Below are positions 29,397 to 36,417 of a stretch of 36,417 nt of DNA, piece by piece. The stretch is taken from NCBI GenBank assembly GCA_023334545.1, contig JAADVB010000198.1, positions 1 through 36,417 on the forward strand, read 5' to 3'. Positions within the stretch are counted from its first letter, which is position 1; the number at the start of each line of letters is the position of its first letter. Source of the stretch: Salisapilia sapeloensis CBS 127946. Lineage: Eukaryota; Protista; Oomycota. The position numbers and the translations under genes are program-made. The notes under the pieces are model-generated. The model made no database searches and had not been told where the DNA came from. It worked only from the letters and a program-made list of their open reading frames with translations.

Positions 29397-31803
29397 ATGC
29401 CGGCAAGAGTACCTCGCATGTCGTTTTCACAGGTTTATGGATGGTATGGACCTCCGTTAGTCTTGATAACCACTGTTTCAATGTTGTGGACAATGTGGTT
29501 GGTATTTCTGAACATGGATCCCAATTATGCAGCGAACAAGCTAGCACGGACGGAAATTTACGACGGTGGAGAGTTCTGGATGATTGTCGAGCCTGATCAG
29601 ACGTTTAAGACCATCACGGTGGGTAGTTTGGTAATCGTAGTACTTCTCTACATGAATGTTCTGCGAATGCTATTACTTGAAAAGCGACCACTACTACCAA
29701 AACCGGGGCCAACCATACGTTCAGCACCTTCGACCGATTTTATGTTTGGTACTTTCGTATCTAAAGCGCAGGAAAGAAGGATTTCGAGTATGTACTTGGC
29801 ATGGCGTCACATTACTGGGTATGAAGGCAAGTATCGTCGAATATGGGTATATAATTGCTTGCGGATTCATATGCGTTGTTTTTAACTGCTTTATGCATAT
29901 GACTGCAGAATATGCTTCTTAAAGTTGGGGACTTGATAATGGAGTCTGTTGCGCTCTACCGCATGATGGAGAACGGTTCTCCAATTGAAATAGTCTATTG
30001 CTACGGAATACTCATATCTGCCAATTCGTTATCGTCTGCAAGTGCGATTCTGTTTGGGAAGGGCATGTCAGCTTTATCGGAAATAGTACTCGACTCATTG
30101 TACGTAAAATTATTGCTGTAGTAGCGATAAGGTCGATCCCACACGTATATTTCATCTCGGGCGTAGATTCGACATGATGGTCGCTGTCGGGCTACCGATC
30201 ACATCCATGGTGTTTGCTTATTACCAACTAATTTTGGACCATGGTGGTCTCCAACTTCGTATGGATGTTTTTTCACCAGCAGCATTTGAGCGGATTGCTC
30301 GCTTGCATGCCAATCCAATTGAAGTCACCCGCTTCCGAATGAGCTTCGATGCTCAACGAACTACCACGTTTGCGGATTACTTGCTACAAGTTTGCATTAA
30401 TATCGCCTTTAGCTATCGTCTTAAAAGGCTGACAGACGTTTTAAAGCGTAACTCTCCAGCTCAGTTAAAACTAGTTCAGGCAAACAGAGTAGTTAAGGTG
30501 AAAGTGCAGACACGGATACCCAAGGTCGCAGCTGTACTGTTCCTTATCACGTCCACATTAGCCATCTATATCCCGCACTATGCAATCGAGATATCGACTG
30601 CGATCTGCGATCCACATCCACAGTGCGTCATGTACGCTTACCGGTATAAATCAATGGAATCTTGTCCTTGCATAGGACTTGTGGATGTGGACCCGGCAGT
30701 TAAATCGTATGAAGAATGGGTAAATCCAAAAGATGCTACTAGCATTGTAAAAGAATTGTCCAAGTCGCGTGATCTCCAAATTGTCATGATCACGAATCGT
30801 CGATTGAGAGTCTTGCCAGAAGAGCTCCAGTACTGCACACAAATAAAAATATTGTAAGCATGCTACGTATAGAAACGTTGTGAGAATAAAGATAAGCTCA
30901 CAACTATTCATAGATATCTTATGTACACAGGCGTGACGGAACTTCCAGATTGGTTTGGTAGCCTAGAAAGTCTGGAGATCATGTAAGTATTCTAAAGTTA
31001 CCACTGCTATCTACCATCGATAACTCACACAGTACGCTCCTTCGTGCCACAGGCAAGTGGAAGGAAAGACAATGGATACGAATCTTATTAAAATCGATGA
31101 GAAAGCGATGAAAGGGAAAAAGTGGCTAACATACTTACACTTCGGCATGCATGCATATCTACCAGCTATCCCAAATCTGGAAGATTTGACAAACCTTCGC
31201 TACTTCGTGCTCGCGTACCTATTCAATCTGCAACAGATAGCTTCCTTTTCAGGCCTACATAGACTAGAAAACCTGATAGTAGTAAACACTCCTCGATTGA
31301 CCAGCCTACCTGATATGAGCTCTGTCGGCGACTTGACAATGTTTGTCGTCGGATTGAACGCCCCACTTTGCTGCAACGGGTTCATGGGAGCATGTAATCA
31401 AAGCCATCCTTTCTGCACGGGTGAATCTGTCATTGGAGCGCCTCCGTCTCTCTGTTTGACCGAAAATTCGCCCTTAAAGGCGACACCTGCTACACTTACG
31501 CTGTTGAATGCACACAGCTATAGCATCTGCATCCTAGCTCAAAGTACAGACAATCTAGTCTCTTTACCACCAACCAAAGAAAGTATCGAGACGTGCAATG
31601 GGACAATGTACAAGGAATGTCAGGTAGCAGTACCAGAAGGCGATTCGTCTAAGGTCTACCCTGGTATCTGTTTCCCATCTCGAATGCGCGTCATCTTCTG
31701 TGTGGTACATGCTAGACTTATTGCTTTTCGTCAGCAAGAAATAAAGTTGGGGATTGGTACTCCATGTGATCAACAAGTAGAAGCATGGCTTGGGTGTAAA
31801 TAA
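29397..31803 (+). CDS. Oomycete multipass membrane protein with C-terminal LRRs and Cys-rich WLGC-ending domain, about 715 aa, 5 exons
   Basis: Exons 29397-29846, 29909-30099, 30167-30853, 30914-30982, 31053-31803 (2148 nt, in frame). Family hallmarks: F..VYG.YG..WT..L...PN..AN....D.G.FW; multiple TMs; CPC...D; LRRs (LPEELQYCTQIKILYL, LPAIPNLEDLTNLRYFVL, LTSLPDM); LCCNGF; terminal PCD..VEAWLGC. Confidence 0.88.
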
Positions 31804-31844
31804 ACTCATAACAAGAGATACTTTGCAAATGAAATTTTTATTAA

Positions 31845-32756
31845 TCAAGCCATGCTCTGTGCTTGGACACTTTCATCTTTCTTCGTTCCCATCATCCTGT
31901 TCCACACTTCCTTGCCAGCATTCGACGATAACGCACCGAGAGCACTCTGGGCCACAAAGCTCTCGACCTTTTGTCTCGCATCTTTTCGGCACTTGACGTA
32001 GCCCACGATATTCGCTGCAGACAGAACGAGTGCAACAACAACGAGAATGGCCCATTGAACCTGGAATTTTAATGCTGACACGAGAAGGAAGACTGCCCAC
32101 AGAGCTGGTGGAATGTATAGTCCTGTCCAGAAGATACGAGCGTCTCTCGGATCCAATTGAGACGCGCCTTCGTCGTCATGGCTTTCAAAGATCCACTGGT
32201 TCGAGCCATCTTCTCTAATCTTATTCCACCATCGAAGACCGACAAGCAGTCGCCCCGTGACGTTCTACGGCTTAAATGAGAATATGAAAGAAGAAAAGAA
32301 AGCGAGATTTCCTACTTTGACAGTCCAAAAGTCAAACGCTAGAAGGAGAATACAGATGACAAAGATAAAGATGAAACTGTCCGAGATCATCGTTCCAAAT
32401 AGATACAGCACGATCGCTAAGGTCTAGTACACGTACACGTAATGTGCTATTTTAATTATCATTGCAAACAGTGGTGATACCTTGAAGAAGACATGGAAGA
32501 AGGCTGCAACAGGGTGCTTCGAAGCACCAATGAACGTCTTCTGCACGGACGATAGTCTGCCGTATCAACAAACAATTAGGAACGATTTAGCGGACAGATG
32601 TCTACTGCGCTTAGTTCGAGCTTACAGCGTCTCTGAGTCTTCTCCTGAACGAGTGCTGTCGGCAATGGAGGATTGGACGGTCTCGTCATCACTATCATTA
32701 ACCGTGATGAACTCCAGGTCCTCCTTCTGGTCCTCCTTTTTCTCCTCCGCCATCAT
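31845..32756 (-). CDS. TVP23: Golgi apparatus membrane protein TVP23, about 244 aa, 4 exons
   Basis: Exons 32756-32626, 32556-32481, 32423-32316, 32264-31845 (735 nt, in frame). SKHPVAAFFHVFFK, LLAFDFWTVK|NVTGRLLVGLRWWN..EDGSNQWIFES, DARIFW, ANIVGYVKC. Confidence 0.93.
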
Positions 32757-33063
32757 CTTCGCTGGCGTATTTTTGGTCTTCGGTCCTTTCGGAGTATGCA
32801 TATGGCACCGTCTCACGCATGCTAAAGTCAAGTGACATGTGGCAGTACCTCGATGGATTTATAAAATATTGACTTAACTAACAAACAGACTGACTATGCT
32901 GCAGTTCTTACTTTCACATAGAGGTCTTTTCAGTTTTACATTTCCAATGTCGTTTGCATGTGCTTGTGCTTCTTTATCTTTCGTTTTCGTCTAGTACCTC
33001 GAGCCGGATTGGAACGCTGCTTTCCATGTCGCAGGGTGAAGTCGAAAGGATGTGCTTCATTTT

Positions 33064-33113
33064 TTGTGTAAACTATTACGCAGAGATATTGTGTAAACTA
33101 TTACGCAGAGATA
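33064..33113. repeat. Perfect 25-bp tandem duplication
   Basis: TTGTGTAAACTATTACGCAGAGATA occurs twice, at 33064-33088 and 33089-33113. Confidence 0.95.
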
Positions 33114-34155
33114 GTGACCAATTTAGATACAGTACGAGCTTGGCTTTTGACAATGAGTCGAAAATAGCATAGAAAACGATGGACGTGCTCGTACGATTCA
33201 AACTGTGGGCAACATACTCGTATTTGCTACAATATTGCCTTCCCATCCAGCACTTTCGACATTATAAGGTAGACGAACGCATCGATAAAATACTTAGGTT
33301 GCTGGGTTCATGATTGATTTCTCTTGTAATCATTTAAGCGTCAACGCGTGAAGGATGGAGTTAATAGCAGTCGTGAGCAGTGACAGCTGATAAGCTGACC
33401 CATCTTAATGTTTTCCCTCGGTCCAATCAATAATTCTAAAGATCAGCGGGTATTCAGCGTAGTACGCTCGCTTGTACCAATAATCCTGACGAACCTTTAT
33501 TATGAAGCCACCGCATCACGTTAAAGTGGGTGTTTGCAATGAACTAGCTGTCGCATATTGTGGTAACGCTGTTCCAGCGCATTAAGCTACGTACAAATCC
33601 AGATAGTCTGTCCACTAGTCGTGGATATAGAACTTTAAATATCTCTATGACTGCCCATATGCGTATACTTGACAAAACATAGAAAATGCTTTTGCTTTGC
33701 TATTTTCATCTTGCTTGGTCGAACAAAAACTATATTTTTGTGGATCATATTGGATATGATTGCCTTCATCATCGAATTGCTTTTGAAAAGGGTACACTCA
33801 GTGCTCCTCGAATCAATCGATCATTTTGTAAGCGATTGTCTACCAAAGTATATTATCATCATTCGTAAGATGTCAAATCGACGACGAAACTTACCACGAT
33901 TTACGTTGCAAACGCCAATCTTCACCACATCATAATTGTGCTTGCCAATCAGTTGGATATCAGTGAAAATATACATCTGTGTAATGGATGGTATTGCTAG
34001 TCGAAATGCGATCCTAACAATATAGCGTTGGACTCAAACCAGTTGAGAATGCAAGAAGATATTAGATCAAATTTGAATTCGCTTCATTGAGCTTAAATCT
34101 CTACGAACTACCTCAGGAAACCTCAAACAAAGCTATTTTTAAAACTCCGCGTCTG

Positions 34156-36417
34156 ATGCCAACCGTAAAGTGTGAGCTGGCATCTCGCCGGACAACATTT
34201 GCGTTCATCAAGACACTTCTTGGTAAGAACTGGGTCCTAAAAAAGCGTCATGCCAAAGTCACTATATTTGAGATCATCATCCCCATGCTCTTCATCCTGA
34301 TCTTGGGAGGCCTCAAGAACTTAACCAACGACGTAGATGTTCCATCAGGATGGAGCACTTATGCGTCAGCCCCTGAGAGCAACAACGGCACATCCTACAA
34401 CCTCTATTCGACAGACGAAGGAGATATCGAAGGCTTGACTCTAAGTAGTATGCCTCGCTACTACCAGACTGAGACATCACTCACTGGACTTTTGATGTAC
34501 TTGAGTTCCAAGTCTTTATCCGATGGCGATCAACTTCATGAACTGTCCGAAGATGACCACAGCACCTGCGAACAAGGCGTTCTCATGCAAGGTTTCATCT
34601 CATCGAATCCGTCTTCGCCATACCGCGTACCAGACGAATGCAAAGGCAGAGTCTCTCCGTACAAGATTGGCATTGTTCCGGATAACGATTTCACTCGAAA
34701 CTACTTCGCGAAGACAATGGATGAGTGGTATCCTCGTGTCACACTTTTTAACGAGTCAGGTGTGAGACTCGTAGTCCCCTCCTTCTCAGATAGTGTCAAG
34801 TTCTTCGAGTCTGATGACGCTGTAAACGACTACTTAACGGACAGCAAGTATGGAAACGGCTTGGAGAGTCCTCGACTATATGGTGCCATTCGTTTCGATA
34901 AGTTTCCAAAAGATGAAGACATTGGTGCTTTCTCTAACATCGAGTACACGATCCGCTTAAACTCGACAGCACCGGATTTTGCTGAGCTCGGTTTGATTCC
35001 AAGTACTAGTGGGCAACCACCGAAGCTTAACAAGTTCCAGAAGTCGCTCCAGACAAAGTACTACTCACGGTACGCACTGACGGGTTTCATGACGCTTCAG
35101 ACGCTCATCGCTCGTTTCGTGAACTGCATGCCAGCGTGGGATGATAAGAATCAATCCACAACCGGTAAGTGTCAGCAGAAAGATTCTACCGCTGAATCAA
35201 GCTCTGAGCTTGATGAAACGTTCCTGATGTCGCTGGAGAAGGATGTGATCGTCACGAATATTTTTCAGTCAGTTATTGACCAGAAAGGGATATATTCATC
35301 AAATGAAACGTCCGTCTTCTCCCACCTTTCCAACTCATCCGTCGAGCAGCTACTTCGACCACTTCGCCAAGCTCCCCAACCGTACCTCGGATCTACCCTC
35401 GCACCTTTTCCAATTGAGGACTACAAGCGGAACTCCTTCTACGATGATATATCCGACGCCTTCGCGATTGTCCTCATGCTTTCGTACTTGTTCCTTATGT
35501 CACGCATCTTAGTTGCTTTCATCCTCGAGAAGGAAACTCGTATGCGCGAATTCATGAAGATCGTCGGAGTGAGGGAACGAGCCATTGTCGTTTCTTGGTT
35601 CATTACGTTCATCATCACCATCTTCATCGCATCGGCGTTACAGGCGATAGCTGGAAGCGTAGGTCTCTTCGCTAACAGCAGCGCCATCCTAATATTCCTC
35701 TTTTTCTTCTTCTTCGGGATGGCAATGCTAGGATACGGCTACCTAGTCAGCACCATGTTCAGCAACTCTCGCACAGGCACGTATGTTGGCATGATCTGCT
35801 TTTTCATCATGTACTTCATCTCCTCAGCTATTAAGGAAGACACGAGCCAAATGACTGTAACACTGCTAAGCGTCTTTCCTCCAGTCGGCTTGGCAGTTGG
35901 CTCCGGTACCTTATCAGACTTGGAAGCGTCCGGACAAGGAGTCAACTTTGGCAATGTCAGTTCGATCAATAAGAACTATAGCATATCCACGGCGCTGTGC
36001 ATGTTCATCTTTGATGCTGTCCTGTACACTCTGATCGGTCTCTATTTGGAGCGTGTCATCCCGAAAGACTATGGAGTCACGTTGAAATGGTACTTCCCCT
36101 TCTCTCCGTCGTATTGGCGTAGTCAGTCGGAGGAAAGCCTCAAGGCTCACCCATCAATGCAAAACAACCTTTTAGACGACTCAACTGATACTCAGGACTG
36201 TGCAAACTACGAGCCGGTAACGAACGACATGAAGGAGCAGGAAAACGCAGGTGAAGTTTTATCTGTTCAGCACCTCCGCAAAGTTTTCTCTGTACCCGGT
36301 GGCGAGAAAGTGGCTGTTAAAGGCATGGATCTTGTCATGTACAAGAACCAGATCACGTGTCTACTCGGTCACAACGGAGCAGGCAAAACCACCTTGATCT
36401 CCATGCTAACGGGTATG
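34156..36417 (+). CDS. ABCA: ABC transporter subfamily A (ABCA), N-terminal half; runs off the window end
   Basis: Not in the ORF track because it has no stop in the window. The frame was read by hand from ATG 34156 and no stop was seen. TLLGKNWVLKKRH...EIIIP, large exocytoplasmic domain, EKETRMREFMKIVG, TM helices, P.DYGV..KWYFP, and NBD1 Walker A LGHNGAGKTT at the window end. Confidence 0.95.
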   Translation, partial: MPTVKCELASRRTTFAFIKTLLGKNWVLKKRHAKVTIFEIIIPMLFILILGGLKNLTNDVDVPSGWSTYASAPESNNGTSYNLYSTDEGDIEGLTLSSMPRYYQTETSLTGLLMYLSSKSLSDGDQLHELSEDDHSTCEQGVLMQGFISSNPSSPYRVPDECKGRVSPYKIGIVPDNDFTRNYFAKTMDEWYPRVTLFNESGVRLVVPSFSDSVKFFESDDAVNDYLTDSKYGNGLESPRLYGAIRFDKFPKDEDIGAFSNIEYTIRLNSTAPDFAELGLIPSTSGQPPKLNKFQKSLQTKYYSRYALTGFMTLQTLIARFVNCMPAWDDKNQSTTGKCQQKDSTAESSSELDETFLMSLEKDVIVTNIFQSVIDQKGIYSSNETSVFSHLSNSSVEQLLRPLRQAPQPYLGSTLAPFPIEDYKRNSFYDDISDAFAIVLMLSYLFLMSRILVAFILEKETRMREFMKIVGVRERAIVVSWFITFIITIFIASALQAIAGSVGLFANSSAILIFLFFFFFGMAMLGYGYLVSTMFSNSRTGTYVGMICFFIMYFISSAIKEDTSQMTVTLLSVFPPVGLAVGSGTLSDLEASGQGVNFGNVSSINKNYSISTALCMFIFDAVLYTLIGLYLERVIPKDYGVTLKWYFPFSPSYWRSQSEESLKAHPSMQNNLLDDSTDTQDCANYEPVTNDMKEQENAGEVLSVQHLRKVFSVPGGEKVAVKGMDLVMYKNQITCLLGHNGAGKTTLISMLTGM

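Noticed and set aside
34213-34233. ABCA N-terminal motif reads LLGKNW rather than the usual LLWKN
   Set aside because: A single substitution in an otherwise intact open frame; not evidence of pseudogenisation.

Overview
Eukaryotic, very gene-dense DNA, almost certainly from an oomycete (peronosporalean type). Support: an elicitin-like gene, oomycete-type bZIP, folate-biopterin transporter and WLGC-ending LRR membrane protein families, oomycete Inr/FPR core promoters, and short (about 40-100 bp) GT-AG introns. About 15 genes can be reconstructed, many split by introns that the ORF track fragments or misses. In order: BT1/FBT transporter (5' truncated), GPI-type elicitin-like protein, mitochondrial glutamate-type carrier, a probable hidden multi-exon F-box-like gene, bZIP factor, ankyrin-DHHC palmitoyltransferase, COG0523/CobW GTPase, an uncharacterised CxxC..CxxC + F5/8C-like protein, polycystin (PKD2-like) channel, EFHB-like protein, PIBF1, a TM-TPR mitochondrial protein, a NAF-domain CIPK kinase, a TOG/CLASP-like protein, a multipass LRR-WLGC protein, TVP23 and an ABCA transporter (3' truncated). 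No rRNA, tRNA, CRISPR array or intact transposon was seen. The most interesting points are: a run of flagellum/centriole and Ca2+-signalling genes (16.7-29 kb); a bZIP with Ser at the invariant Asn, followed 15 bp later and in frame by the hidden F-box-like gene; two independent 20-bp-period upstream arrays; a palindrome at the centre of a 165-bp divergent promoter; an elicitin-like protein with a swapped disulfide pair; and eight phase-0 introns in PIBF1. Exon models were built by hand from splice signals and reading-frame continuity, and family calls come from motif recognition. No database search was run.
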